Origin: the human T2T-CHM13v2.0 reference genome, Homo sapiens
Strand: one strand, 5' to 3'
Assembly: GCF_009914755.1 (NCBI RefSeq)
Contig: NC_060928.1
Length of the DNA stretch: 64,000 bases
The translations under genes and the position numbers were made by a program. The notes under the pieces were generated by a model. The model saw nothing but the letters and a program-made list of their open reading frames with translations, made no database searches and was not told where the DNA came from. This document shows positions 28,427-44,189 of the stretch, in pieces; the first letter of the stretch is position 1, and each line of letters opens with the position of its first letter.

Positions 28427-29386
28427 TATTTGGAATCATGTAGCTGTAAAAATATCTCACGGTGATTTCACTAATATAAATTGCTTCACTTTATTAAGTC
28501 TAACAGTTTTGCTTAATTGAGAAGAAACAAAACAAATGTTTAATCTATGTTGTGTGCCATGAAAAAAAGGATTAGTGTAAAAATCGGAAGGAAATCAAGT
28601 AATTCAAGATGAAATCTTTTGTCTTATAATTTCCTATATAATTTCTAAGATATAAAATAATTTCATGTAGATTTATTATCCTCTATCATAATTAGTAAGT
28701 CAGAATCACTAACGCATACTTTCCTTCAAGTTTCCAAATGATTTTAGATGACTATCTGCATGAAAAGAAATATTTGGATGAAGGATTTTATAAAACTGAA
28801 CCATTTTGTATGTTATGAAACTGACACCCACTTCCATATGTTCTTGTTAATTAATTTTCAAAGTGTTAGTTTGCTGTCATTTACACAAATCCATAAAAGA
28901 GCATAGACCACTCTGCCACTGAGACAATGAATGACAAGGCTCTGGCAGCAGATGGTGACTAGGTCATTTCTTTTTCCATCTGGAGTTATACCTGACTAGA
29001 TTAGAAAACACAGAAATATCATGAAAAGTATCATCTATCTTAAGCTCTGATTTGACTACCCAACTGAGAGTAATATTTAAAATTGCCTCCACAAAGTTAA
29101 ATAAATGGCTGAAGATAGTGGGAAAAATCAGGGCCTTTGCTATCAGATATCTTTAATTAACTAATGCTACTTTTGACTTTTGTATTACATTTTAGACAAG
29201 CCACCTGATACAAATCAGACATATTGTAATATTAAGGGAAAAAATTATATGAAATTTTTCTCAAAAGCTGGGTTCCAAGTAAACAATTCATCCAGTCTTT
29301 GCATAGAGCTAACAAGGTTGGTGTGGAAAGGGCAGAGACTCCCAGAAATTAACAATTAATTTGCATCCTGACTCATAGAAAAAATA

Positions 29387-29475
29387 TGAGAGTTCCATAA
29401 GTACCTTGATCACATAGGTCAGTAGTTATACTATTTCTCTAAACACACAAGCTTGCAGAGCAAAATATTTGCACC
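29387..29475 (+). repeat. Left copy of ~90-bp direct repeat flanking THE1
   Basis: Aligns to 31074-31163 with 7 mismatches and 1 gap by hand count. Confidence 0.97.
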
Positions 29476-31073
29476 AAATCTCATTTTGAATTGTAATCTG
29501 AATTGTATTCACCATCTTTTGGGAAAGGGACTTCGTGTGAGGTGATTAGATTATGGGAGCAGTCCCCCCATACTTTTCTCATGATGATGAATGAGTCTCA
29601 CAAGCTCTGTTGGTTTTATAAATGTCTGGCATTTCCCCTGCTTGCACTCATTCTCCCTCCTGCTGCCCTCTGAAGAGATGCATTCCACCATGATTGCATG
29701 TTTCCTGAGGCCTCCCCAGCCATGCTGAACTGTAAGTCAATTAAAACTCTTTTTTAAAAAAATAAATTACCTAGTCTTGGGTAGTTCCTCATAGCAGTGT
29801 GAGAATGGACTAACACAGTAAATTGGTACCAAGAGTGGGGTGCTGCTGTAAAGATACCCAAAAATGTAGAAGCAATTTTGGAACTCAGTAACAGAAAGAG
29901 GTTGGAACAGTTTGGAGGGCTCAGAAGAAGGCAGGAAAGTGTGGGAAAGTTTGGAACTTCCTAGAGACTTGTTAAGTGGTTTTGATCAAATTGCTGATAG
30001 TGATAGGGATAAGGAAATCCAGGCTGAGGTGGTCTCAGATGGAGATAAGGAACTTGTTTGTTAGAAACTGGAATAAATATGATTCTGGTTAAGTTTCAGC
30101 AAAGAGACCAGCAGCATTTTGCCCCTGCACTAGAGATCTGTTGAACTTTGAACTTGAGAGAGATGATTTAGGATACCTGATGTAAGAAATAGAAATAGCA
30201 GCAAAGCATTCAAGAGGAAGCAGAGCATAAAAGTTTGAAAAATTTACAGCTTAACCATGAGGTAGGAAAGAAATACACATTTTCTTAGGAGAAATTCAAG
30301 CTGGCTGCAGAAATTTGCATAAATAATGGGGAGCTGACTGTTATCCACCAGGACAATGAGCAAAATGTCTTCAGGGCATGTCAGAGACATTCATGTCAGC
30401 CCCTTCCAACGTAGGCCCAAAGGCCTAGGAGGGAAAAACGGTTTCATGGGCTGAGCCCAGGGTTCCCCCTGCTCTTTGCAGTTTTGGGACATGGTGCCCT
30501 ATGGCCCAGCTGCTTCAGTTCCAGCTGTGTCTAAAAGGGGCCAAGGTACAGCTTGAGCAGTTGCTTCACAGGGTGCAAGCCCCAAGCTTTGGCAGCTTCC
30601 ACATGGTGTTGGGTCTTCAAATGCACAAAATTCAATAATTGAGGTTAGGAAACCTCCACCTAGATTTCAGAGGATCTATGGAAATACCTAAGCATAATTG
30701 TGTTTTAAAATATGAGGAATATAAGATTTGGGAGTGGTCAGGGGCTGAATGTTATGGTCTGGCTCTGTGTCCCCACCCAAATCTTATCTTAAATTGTATT
30801 CCCAATTTACTGGGAAAGGGACCTCATGGTAGGTGATTAGATCATGGGGTCCTTCCCCGGCATTTTTCTCATTATAATGAATGAGTCTCATGAAATCTGA
30901 TGGTTTTATAAGCATCTGGAACTTCCCTGGCTGCATGCATTCTCTCTTCTGGCTCCCTGTGAAGAGAAGCCTTCAACTATGATTGAAGGACTTCAGTTTC
31001 CTGAGGACTTTTTCTTCATAAATTATCCAGTCTGTGGTAATTATTCATGGTGACATGAGAACAGGCTAATACA
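29472..31073 (+). mobile_element. THE1 (THE1D/C-like) MaLR provirus: truncated 5' LTR (~29472-29817), internally deleted int (29818-30749), 3' LTR (30750-31073)
   Basis: LTR ends 'gactaacaca' / 'gctaataca'; int starts 'gtaaattggtacc'; THE1-int motifs 'ttggaacttcctagagacttgtt', 'gatgatttaggatacctga'; purine tract before 3' LTR 'tgttatggtctggctctgtgtccccacccaaatc'. Confidence 0.93.
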
Positions 31074-31163
31074 TAAGAGTTCCATAGGTACCTTGATCAC
31101 ATAGGTCAGTAGTTAAAATATTTCTCTGAACACACAAAGCTGGCAGAGCAAAATATTTACACC
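31074..31163 (+). repeat. Right copy of ~90-bp direct repeat flanking THE1
   Basis: Begins immediately after the 3' LTR terminal CA; matches 29387-29475. Confidence 0.97.
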
Positions 31164-31761
31164 TGCTTACTCCATAATAAAGGGACACATGAAGAGATAC
31201 TATCCATATTGCACAAAATAACAAAAGATAAAATAATTTTATGAACAAATCTCATTGAAAATATCAGTGACTCAAATGTTAGGTGCAATGAATATTTATT
31301 CGCTGACTTGATTTAGTGAGTCAGCTTCTGTATTTAGTAACCTGGCAATTCATATAGACAAGAGTCATCCTCTCTTTTCTGGTTTTTAAAATTTTAAGTA
31401 TTTTATTTTGATTGATATAATTTTTTTCATTGAAATACTTGATTAAATATACTTTTTTCTCTTGTTTCTTTAATCCCAGATGTATTGTCATTACTTTTTT
31501 TTGGTCTGGTTTGATTAGGTTGTTGAAAGTCTTAGCTGTTAGTTTCCCAAGGAGAATGCCCATTAAGATGATTTAGATTATTTAGCAGGAAAACTAAAGA
31601 CCACAGTATAAAAAATAAAGTGGAGGAGAAAGTGCTGACACATAGAAGAAGATATCCCATTTTCCAAGATTAAAATTCCCTTTAATATTACAACATGCAC
31701 AGTATTATTTTTAAATCTTCAAAGATTATATGTATCCATAGAGTTTTCATAAGTAAAATAT

Positions 31762-31836
31762 AAAGTTAGGACTGTCCCTTATAGATGGTATTTTTAAAAA
31801 GCTAGGACTGTGCCCTTATAGATGGTATTTTAAAAA
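31762..31836 (+). repeat. ~36-bp near-perfect tandem duplication
   Basis: AAAGTTAGGACTGTCCCTTATAGATGGTATTTTTAA / AAAGCTAGGACTGTGCCCTTATAGATGGTATTTTAAAAA. Confidence 0.92.
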
Positions 31837-32249
31837 TCTGCATATATAGATTTATAAAGAAACTACCTTAATTTAGGAAATGTCTATTCTAAATCAAAGA
31901 TCTTAAATAAGAAAGACCACCCTTATTTTATACCACACTATATAATACTTGGTTAATATTTTAATGGAAGTAAAGGATAAAGTTTAGATTTTATTAACCA
32001 AGACCAGTTTGTTTTATAGTATTTAGCAATGTGACACTAGAAGAAATATTTTTGCAACTCAAATTAAAATTCACTGGAAATAGTAATTACCTAAACATAA
32101 ATACATCATATTATCACATGCAACTTCCTAGAATTATGTTTTACTTTGTTTAATAATCATCTAAAAATTAAAGTGTTGAAAAATACAGCAAAATGAAAAA
32201 AAATGCCTAAATGGTGAACGCAGATAAAATAATTTATATCTGACCCACA

Positions 32250-32377
32250 CTCCCTCCCTCCCTTCCTTCGTTCTTTCCTTCCTTCCTTCTTTCCTTCCTT
32301 CCTCCCTCCATCCCTCCCTCCCACTCTCTCTCTCTCTCCCTTTCCCTTTCCCTCCTTTCCCCTTCCCCTTCCCTTCC

Positions 32378-32402
<25 letters not shown>
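32250..32402. repeat. Polypyrimidine compound repeat (CCCT/CCTT/CT/CCCTT/T), expanded Alu tail
   Basis: ~150 bp almost entirely C/T, ending in polyT contiguous with an antisense Alu. Confidence 0.95.
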
Positions 32403-33016
<614 letters not shown>

Positions 33017-33095
33017 TAATTTTCCTTCTTTATTTCCTCCTTTTTTTCTCACTCAATTTGTTTCTCTCAAATTCATTTTGGAATAAAAAAAGTAG

Positions 33096-33407
<312 letters not shown>

Positions 33408-34685
33408 TCTAGTGATTAAAATTTTTAAAGCTATGCTGGCGCCCGTATACCTAAACAAATGTTCATATTTCTGAAATTTATTCATCATGTGAAAGAAATG
33501 TAAATATATCTTGGTCAGATAGATACCTTAGTTACTAGTTTATAAGTGTATGCACATAGACTGTATCTTCAGTTATAAATATTAAATCATAACTGGGATA
33601 TTTATTTATATATGTTAAAACTAAAAAAACGAGGTGAGAACACTAAATTCTTATTCACAGTATAGAGATTTAATGAGATTAAATAGATCAGACAATTTTG
33701 AAGCATTATCAGTCCTTTTAGATGAATTTCAGCAGGACAAAAAACCAGAAACAAATGAGCTAATGCAAAGATTCTGTTTTAATGTTTTAAAATATGGCTC
33801 TCCTGTTTATATCTTGGGTCAAGTGCTAGTTCTTAGTGGTGTTAAGTATGCTTCTAAGTATATACGTGAGGGTCTTTTTTTGTGCTGAATCTATAGCTTT
33901 ATTTAATTAAAATTTTTATATAATTTTTAAACACTTTTCCAAAACTTTTGCCTGTCAAAAACTATTTTCTGTTAGTATACCTTTCGTTAGTATCTTATAA
34001 TTAGTATGCTCAATACTAAATTTATTGTATTATATTTAAATTATATTTTAAAATTAAATAAGTCTTAACTACAATATTTTACATATATTGATCTACATAT
34101 ATTAATTTACTTAGATAAAATATAGATTTGCATAATAAAGACTATTGCATAATGATATAAAAAGCTGATAGTTGTTTAAGCTATCTTAAATCTACCACTG
34201 ATTTTACATTATTATTCAAAACTATCATGGATTTGTTTTTATTATTCAATGCTACTATAAATATGAGGTTAAGCCATAAAGGAGCAATAGTTTTCTTGAT
34301 TGATTGTAAAAACAATTTGAGCCTAATTTGGCTATATTCTTATATTGGATTAAAAAATTGAAACAAAATTCTCTGAAATAATTTATAGGATTTAGGTATA
34401 TTACCAAATTCAATAAATTCAAAAAATATTATATTTGTTAGGTTTTAATGAACAATTCTTACCACCATTATAAACATGCATGATTACATTTAGAAGATTT
34501 ATCTACCAGCTAATAAAATAACATACATTACTGTCATTACTTTGGGTTGTAAAATAACCTACAAGACCTTTCCCCATTAGCACAGATACGGCTTCTTGAA
34601 TAAGTGATGTACCCCAAGAACATGTGATTCAGCTTTTGCTACTAAAAGGTTTGCTTCTATTTCCTGAACTAAAGAGCAAGTCTTT

Positions 34686-35721
<1,036 letters not shown>

Positions 35722-37149
35722 CTAAGAGGGCTGTAATGATATTTCACATTAGTGGTTCTATATACAATGGTATGTAAAATTATTATGGTGGAGATTAAAT
35801 TTTCTGTATCATTTAATCTGGGTCATTGTGATATACCTCTGCTCATTAATTTCTAAAAATAATAGCATGATTTCAAATGATATTTCATGCTTTGGCAAAC
35901 AATATTTTAAATAATCTTTGAAGTATAGTCTTAATTATTGCAAGTGTTATTTTAGAGTTTCTCATACCTAATCTTCAAATGTGCTCCATTTGCATTCTAA
36001 TATAATGGATATTGCTTTAATGAAGTTATTTTTCCATTACTGTGTATGGAAATATGTATCATCATGATATAAATCTACAATGTAAATCATAGTAATAATT
36101 AATTTATGTAAACACCTTTTAGATTAGCTTGTGAAGGTCACTGAATGATAAAGACATAATAGCCAAAACTCTTTGATTTTGTACTCCAACTGCAGAAGAA
36201 CAGCTTGGGGGACTACTACGCAAACCATAAAAAGCTAGGTTCACTAAAATTAAAAATAAGATGGAAGTTTTATGATAAAGCCACATGCTAACTTTTGGAA
36301 TTATTTCAGTGTTTTCTACTTCTTTTTTTTACATATGCATGAAATTATTATGTATTTCTTTAAATATAGCTCGCACAGTTGTTCCTAAGAAAAATAAATG
36401 CCGTCAATTTGTGGTTATCTTACTTCACGTTATAAATGTCTAATATACTTCAGGAATGTAATGTTTTTCATTTCCTTGATTGGCATCTTACCCTTCAATA
36501 TATTACAAAGAAAGCAACAAAATAATTTACATGACAAAATCTTTGGTGAACTTGGAAATACATCTTATTTTTACTTTTATTTATTTATTTGTATTTGCTA
36601 TAACAAGGGTAACTACTAGAAAATCAAGTTGCCTTCAGTTATAGCTACCAATCTATCCTAGTATGTTGAATAATCCGGTAAAGGAGAGCAAACCACCCAG
36701 ACTCCATATGGTGTCTACTCTATTATATAACATGTGAATTTTTCTAGACTAGTTATAAGTGCCTTTCAAATTAAGATTTTACTTGCATATGCACTTATTT
36801 GTTTAAGAAAGCATATGATGGCCTCTAGTGGTACAGAAAGAAACATCAATGCTTACATTTCCAAATCAATAACAATAAAATTATTTTTTAAATAAAAAAA
36901 ATATGAAGCTCATGCACATGTTGTCTATAATGAACTGTAGTTTTTAGAGTAATTACTCTGAAAGCATTATTCACATAAAAATAGTAAAATACACATAATT
37001 TTCAAACACATAAAATGAATACTTAACTATAGAAGAATATTGAACGTATTTCATTGTTGGTGGTATGAACAAGTGCCAATTTTAAAATGTTACAAGATTT
37101 GTTCACATTTTACAGTTAATTGAACGATATATTTGCAAATAATCATAAT

Positions 37150-37400
37150 AGTAATAACTATAACAATAAAATTTAATATTAATTTTGAATTTATGTGTGC
37201 CAAGTACCATGCTAATTTACATATGGTACTAATTTTAAACTTATAAAAAGTTCATTCATATTATTGTAATTCATATTTTATAATAAAGCAGCTAAGCCTT
37301 TAAAAATTTACATATTTTGGTTAATACCCCATAGTATAAGGGCAGAGGGGGCTTTCCCGCTGAGGTTTTCTGTCTCTTAAGCCTCAATGCTCAATTGCTA
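37150..37400 (-). mobile_element. MIR fragment
   Basis: 'atgtgtgccaagtaccatgctaa...catattttataataaagcagctaagc' resembles antisense MIR. Confidence 0.45.
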
Positions 37401-37939
37401 TTTTACATCAACACTCAATATAATGTTGTAACTCTTAAATGTCAAATATAGATAACTGATTTATCCATCAAAATTGTGATTTCATGAGAATAAAATAAAA
37501 TAATATAATGAAATTAATTTTAATAATAAAAAGTGCATGCAATTTTTAATCAATATAATTTTAAATATATATTTGTTATAATGCTTACAATATATGTCAA
37601 AGTCTCTATTTTAAACTACTTTTATAAAATGAAAAACTCTAGTTAGAATTAATAGCTGATACTTTATTATAACACATCAAATACAAACAGCAGAAACAGA
37701 TTTTGTTGTAACCTTATCTAGGTAACTGAATTATTTTAACAATAAGATATTGTAAGCAAAACAAATTGATGTCCATTTTCTTAGAAATTTTCTCAGGAAT
37801 AATTAAAAAAAGAATTTCCACAATTTTTCCAAGTTAGAATGCAGAAATAATTATTTCTTCTTTCTTCTTTTCCTTCTCTTCTTCACTGTCTCTCTCCCTT
37901 CTATTTTCCTTAAGTTTTTCAGTGCATTTTTGTCTCTGA

Positions 37940-38460
37940 TTTTTTTTAATTACATGCATTAAATTAGACTGATTTTAGTGTATCTATGAGTTTTAATATA
38001 TGTACAGGTTTGTTTAATGACTATTACAATCAGGATGTGGAACTGTTTATTCACCTAAAAAATTTGTACTGTTTTTCCTTTGTATATAATTCCTCACATC
38101 CACTGATCTCCATTCCTGTGGCTTTTCCTTTCCCTGTGTAGCACATAAAGGGGATCATAAACAATGTAACACTTTGAGACTTGTTGATTTTATTCAGCAA
38201 AATACTTTTGAAATTCATCTGTTATACTGAGTTTGTCAATATATAATTTGTTCCTTTTGATTGCTGGGCATTATCCCAGTGTAGTGGTTTAAAACTAGAG
38301 TTTGTTTATCCATTCAGCTGGTAAAGGACTTTTGTGTCATATTCAGTTTACTGTGATCATGAAGAATCACTTATGCCACTATTGTGTGGACATAATTTTT
38401 TATTTCTGTAGGATGAATACCTATCTACCTGGTCACATAGTAAGTGTTTTAACATCATAT
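37940..38460 (-). mobile_element. Old L1M 3' fragment
   Basis: 'ttttattcagcaaaatacttttgaaattcatc', 'gtttgtttatccattca'. Confidence 0.65.
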
Positions 38461-39860
38461 GTCAAATCTGATTGATTTGGGACTTTCAGATTCTCCATTG
38501 AAAAACATTCTTCTCCATTTTGTTATATATATATTTTTTTCATTTTCAATTCATTTTCTCTGACTACGCCTACCAGAATTTCTAGCTCCTATTTAGCAGC
38601 TAGCCTACTTTAAAAAATTCTAAAGCTCCAATTTGTTTCCATCATGGCTTTAAATGCTCTCATTCTCTATGGTCTCTGTTCTCTTTTGCCTAACAAAGAA
38701 AAAGAAAGCACTGCCTAACAGTTGTATAAATTTCTTGCTTAAGATTTATAATTTTTCAACATCTTTATAATAGTTATCACATAAACATTAAAAAAATTGT
38801 GCATTTCCATTTTCTTTTGTATTTTGCTCATTTATAAGGGCTTTGTTTTTTTATTAGGATATTGGGTAGAGGCAGGACATGGGATAGAGTAGAAGGAAGA
38901 GCATATACTTTTTTTGAGGGATTAATTTAGCGGTTCTTTTGATTACTCTTACAGGTTATCAAAGGGACACTGAGGCAAACAAAAAGTGTTGCTAACTGAA
39001 TAGCGATGGCCTTCATTTGAGGAGCTGTCATCAGCAGTCTTCATTATAGCTGTAATGATAATGTGTAATGTGGTATTTTAATAACCATTGCAATTGGCTA
39101 TTAAAATGCAGCTTTGCACATCAAAATTGCTATGCTGCTCTTGCAGAATTTCTCAGGAAATACGCCGTCCCTTGACAGTTTTCTGCAGTTTAGTGGTAAC
39201 CTCTGCCTTTTTGGAGCGCTCACCTATTCAAAAATACTGCTTAAAAAAAATTCACCCCAGTCTCACTCCTTATCTATCATCTATCTGTCTATCTAATAAC
39301 ACTTTTTATTATGGATCTATGTAGCTGCTCTAAAGAGATAAAAGAAATCAAGAGCATAGTAGCATGATATTCTGTGTTCATCAGGCTGGAACTTGGCATA
39401 TTAAATCACCCTGAGAAAGTTTTGTTCTGATAATGTGGTAAAACAATGGCCTATATTTCTGAATTTTAATGGCTACACAGCCCAACATGAATTTGGAGCC
39501 ATTATTAGACTATGATCATTTCCTTAGCTTTTCCCTCATTTATATATCTCATCCTTAAGTGCAATGATATATTTAAAATTGATTTTTTCCAATATTTTCA
39601 AACATCATTTAACTTTTTTACATTTTATTCTGCACATAATAGTAAATGAAATCACAGAATAACACTTCTTTTCTAATGTCTACTCAAATCTTGTAGATAT
39701 TTATTTTTCCCCTCTATAGTGAATGTATTCACAAAGCATCAATGTTTCAAGAAAGAGTTAAAACAGGAGGCAAATCGAATCAGATATCTTGATATAAATT
39801 GTTATATTGTAGAAGACAATACTAACAAACAATCGATATTATATTTTGTCTTACTCTTAG

Positions 39861-40153
<293 letters not shown>

Positions 40154-40474
40154 TACTCTTAGACTTTTTTAAGTATTAAATAATATATTGTGCAAATGTA
40201 CCATATTAAAGGCAAATAAAATTTCAGGGTCTCCAAAAATAATGTACAATATTAAGTCATTGCTGAGAAAGCAGAATGAGTCACATATAAAAAACTAAAA
40301 GTTCAAGTTTGAAACTATGGATAGGTAAAATCTTTTTATACATTTTGAATACTAAGTATAAAAGAAAATTTAGATGAAAGGCTTTAAGAAGTCCAATTTC
40401 ACATAGATTTGATGGTGCGAAGCAAATAATAACTGTAAATATATATGGAATTTCACAAAGTAGAAGTTGGAGGC

Positions 40475-40889
40475 TGTTATGGACTGAATTGTTTCCCTCT
40501 TAAAATTCCTATGTTGAAGGCCTAAGCCCCATATAACTGTATTTGGAAATAAAATCCTGAAGGAAGTAATTAAGGGTAAATGAGGTCATCAGAATGGGAC
40601 CCTAATCCACTATGACTGGTGTACTTAACAAGAAGAAAGAAAGATGTCAGGGATGTGCTTGCACAGAGATAAGGCCACGTGGGGACAAGCAGAGAAGGCC
40701 ATCAGCAAGCCAAGGAGAGAGGCTTCAGGAGAAGACAAACCTGCAAACAACTTAATCTTGGGTTTCTAGCCTCTAGAGCTGTAAAAAAAATAAAATTTCT
40801 GTTGTTTAAGCCTCCCACGTCTGTGGGGTTTTGTGTGTGTGTGTGTTTGTCTGTCTGATTGTTTTTAGCAACTCTTGCTTACTAATACA
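40475..40889 (+). mobile_element. MLT1B-like MaLR solo LTR
   Basis: 'tgttatggactgaattg' ... 'caagccaaggagagaggcttcagga' ... 'actaataca'. Confidence 0.9.
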
Positions 40890-41414
40890 CAAAGAATATC
40901 AGTGCGGTGGATTTCAAACCATGCCATGAACAGGCCTTGGTGTTGGGAACAATTATATTTGGGATCTTGGATGCCTTAAATTTTTTGTGGGCACATGTAA
41001 GGAAGTTTCTGTCATTGGCAAAAGGAAGCAGTGTTGGTGTTTTAAGCAGGCTGTTTCTTTGTTCCTTATTTTCTGCCAAAGGCTGTTTCTTGAGCTTTCT
41101 CTTTAATTCAGCGTATTACTTATTCCTTTCAAATAATTAATTTTCCTACTTTAGATAACACAATTTAGTTGAAAAGAGAGACTCTGACTAGTACAAAGGA
41201 AACTATCAAAGAAAAGAAAATCTGTATATTAAAATATAAGTATTAGAATATAAATATTAACTTTGAAGAAATTACTTTTAGTTAATACTACATATCATTT
41301 ATATATTTATGTGGTTAAACATAGTCATAGTTTATACAGTTTCCTATCATTTCTTTTAATTTATAATATGTCATGTTCATTTAAACAGTCATTTACAATG
41401 TATAAATTTACCCC

Positions 41415-41520
41415 ATAATTATTTATTGATTGCTTACAATTTTTCAGGCACTGTGTTAGGTTCTAGAGTTCTATAGTGAATTAGCAGGGTTGAAGGCCTC
41501 ATGGATCTTGCAGTTCAGTA
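41415..41520 (-). mobile_element. L2 3' end fragment
   Basis: 'atttattgattgcttac...caggcactgtgttaggttctagag'. Confidence 0.55.
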
Positions 41521-42189
41521 TGAACTATATACTTGACAATTTCTTTGTAATTAGTACAACTACATCTGTCCTGATGGATGTTACTAATATAGTTACTAAT
41601 ATTATACATAGTATTATAGACTTTTATACCTGTGTATACAAATCTGGATAAATATTTTGATGAATATTTAAGTGATTTTATGAAACGAATAGATGAGTCA
41701 AAGGTTATGGATATGCTACAGTTCTTGATAAATTCCTAACAATACGAATAAGAAAGTACAATCTGATAATTATTATGTGTCTATCTCACTGCATGCTAGC
41801 CAGGAATGAAAGTTTATAAATGAATTATTTTCCAAAAGTTGTCTGTTTACTTTTCAATTATTTCTTGAATTTTTATTAGTGAGTGAATTGGTTCTTCATA
41901 TTCAAACATCAGTATTACAGTGTCAATTCCTTTAATTGTCTACTTAAGAATTTTAGACATTTTAAATCACTGTTTTCATAGAGTTTTCATGTGGAATATT
42001 TAATAACATTTTAACCCGCTGTTATTTTTTCGCAAACACAATTTACATTAATCTGCAATGTTTTAAAAATTAAGTTGTATTTTCAAATTTTTCTAGTTAC
42101 CTTGCTTAATCCATTATAACCATTTTAATCAGCATTATGTAATAGGATATTTCCCTTTTTAGTATAACTAACGTTTTAATGCTTAATCT

Positions 42190-42820
42190 TTCTTTTCTTT
42201 TCAACTGCTTTATTGAGGTAAAATGGATATACCAAAGCACCCTATACATGTTTAATATATACAGTTTGATGACTTTCAACATATGCATATAACTGTAATA
42301 GTATCACCACAATCAAGTCTATAAATGTCACCACCAAGTTTCCTGTGTGCACGTGTGTGTCTGTAAAGAAGACTTAACATGAGGTCTCTGCTCTTAACAC
42401 ATCTTTAAGTGCACACTACTGTGGTTTAAACTGCAGGCACTATATTGTATAGCATATCTCTAGAAAGTACTCATTTTGTCTAACTGCCTCTTTACACTCA
42501 TTGAACAACTCCACATTCTCCCCCAACAGACAAACTCTGCAAACCTAAATTCTATTTTTTGCTTCTGTGAATTTCACTTCTTCAGATACCTCACATATGT
42601 GGAATCATACAGTATTTGTCTTTCTGAAACTGGTATATTTTATTTAGCATAATGTCTTCCAGGTTCATTCATATTATTATAAACAATAGGATTTCCAGTT
42701 TAAAGGCTGAATAATATTCCGTTGTATGTGAGGTATCATATTTTCTTCATTAGTCATCCATCAATATTTACATTGTTTCTACCTCTTGGCTATTGTAAAT
42801 AATGCCACAATGAGCATATA
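42190..42820 (-). mobile_element. L1MA/L1MB-type 3' end
   Basis: 'ctttattgaggtaaaat', 'tggaatcatacagtatttgtc', 'taaaggctgaataatattcc', 'ttggctattgtaaataatgc'. Confidence 0.85.
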
Positions 42821-42830
42821 GTTAACAATA

Positions 42831-44106
42831 CAAGGAGACTTTTAATTATTCATAGAAAAATGGAATTAAAATATAAAAATAAATAATATACGCTTTGTTT
42901 TTCAACGTAAGCTCTGTCAAGTTTAGGACACTTTTGTAAGTGATGATGCCAGCCATAGAGTTCATCCCTAAAGAACTGAGGGTCCTGGGAATTTAACAAT
43001 GTTAATTCAATATTTTTTACATTGTGAACTGAAGGCAAAAGTGTGCCTTTACAGATTTACTAAGATTAGGAAACAAAAAGAAATCAGAAGGAACCAAATC
43101 AAGCATGAAAGGTGGATGATTAATAATTTCCCATTGAAAGTCTTGCAAAATTTCCCGTGTTTAATGAGAGGAATGAGTAGGAACATTGTCATGGTGCAGA
43201 TAGACTCTGGTGAAACTTTCCCAGGCATTTTTCTGCTAAAGCTTTGGTTAACTTTCTAAAACACTCCATTCATAAGCCGATGTTATCATTCTCTGGCCCT
43301 CTAGAAAGTGAACAAGCCAAATGCTTTGAGTATCTCAAAAATCCTTTGCCACAACCTCTGTTCTTGACTGGTGCACTTTTGCTTTGACTGGGCCACATCC
43401 ACCCATTGGTAGCCATTACTGTGATGGTGCTTTGTTTTCAGGATTATACTGGTAAAGCCATCTTTCATCTCCTGTTACAATTCCTCAAAAAAATTCCACT
43501 TATTTAGAATTTCCATTGCAAACACTGCCCCTGCCTGCAACTGATTTGAGCAAAAGTTTTGGCACACATCAAGTAGAAGGTTTGCTCAACTTTAATTTTT
43601 GAGTCAGAACTGTGTAAATAGAATCGATTAAGATGTGTATAGTGTTGGCTATTGTTTATGCCATTAATCATCAGTCTTCTTCAAATAGAACATGAACAAG
43701 ATGACTTTTTTCTTAGATATTGATGCAAATGATCTGCAATTATGGGCTTCATCTTCAGCATTGTCTTGCCCCTGCTTAAAATAGTTTATTCATATATAAA
43801 CTGCTTATTTGTTTGGGGAATTGATCCCCTAAACTTTTCATAAATCATCAATAATTTAGCCATTCTTCCACCCAAACTTTACCATATATTTGATGTGTGT
43901 TGAAGTTTCAGTTTTAGCAAAATTCATGTTGCCCTGATGGGGGCTGTATTTAAACTGATGTCTTATCCCTCTCAGTGCCTCAAAATCGATCCTGTCCAGA
44001 CATGTTATAACAAGGTAGTGTGATATATATTTAGGTACAATTTTTTCAAATTAATACATAGTTTTTTTCATAATATATATTTCTATGAACTTTTTGAAGA
44101 CCCTTA
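42831..44106 (-). mobile_element. HSMAR2 mariner transposon, near full length, transposase disrupted
   Basis: Right TIR 'ttttctatgaactttttgaagaccct' and decayed left TIR 'caaggagactttt...ttcatagaaaa' preceded by TA; minus strand from 43927 reads MNFAKTETSTHIKYMVKFGWKNG*IIDDL*KV, resembling the Hsmar2 transposase N-terminus. Confidence 0.9.
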
Positions 44107-44189
44107 ATATCGTATTTTACCCTTCAAAATTGGTTAAGTGGGTAGATTTTATTTTACTTTTTTTACTACAATTTAATAAATGTGATGAT

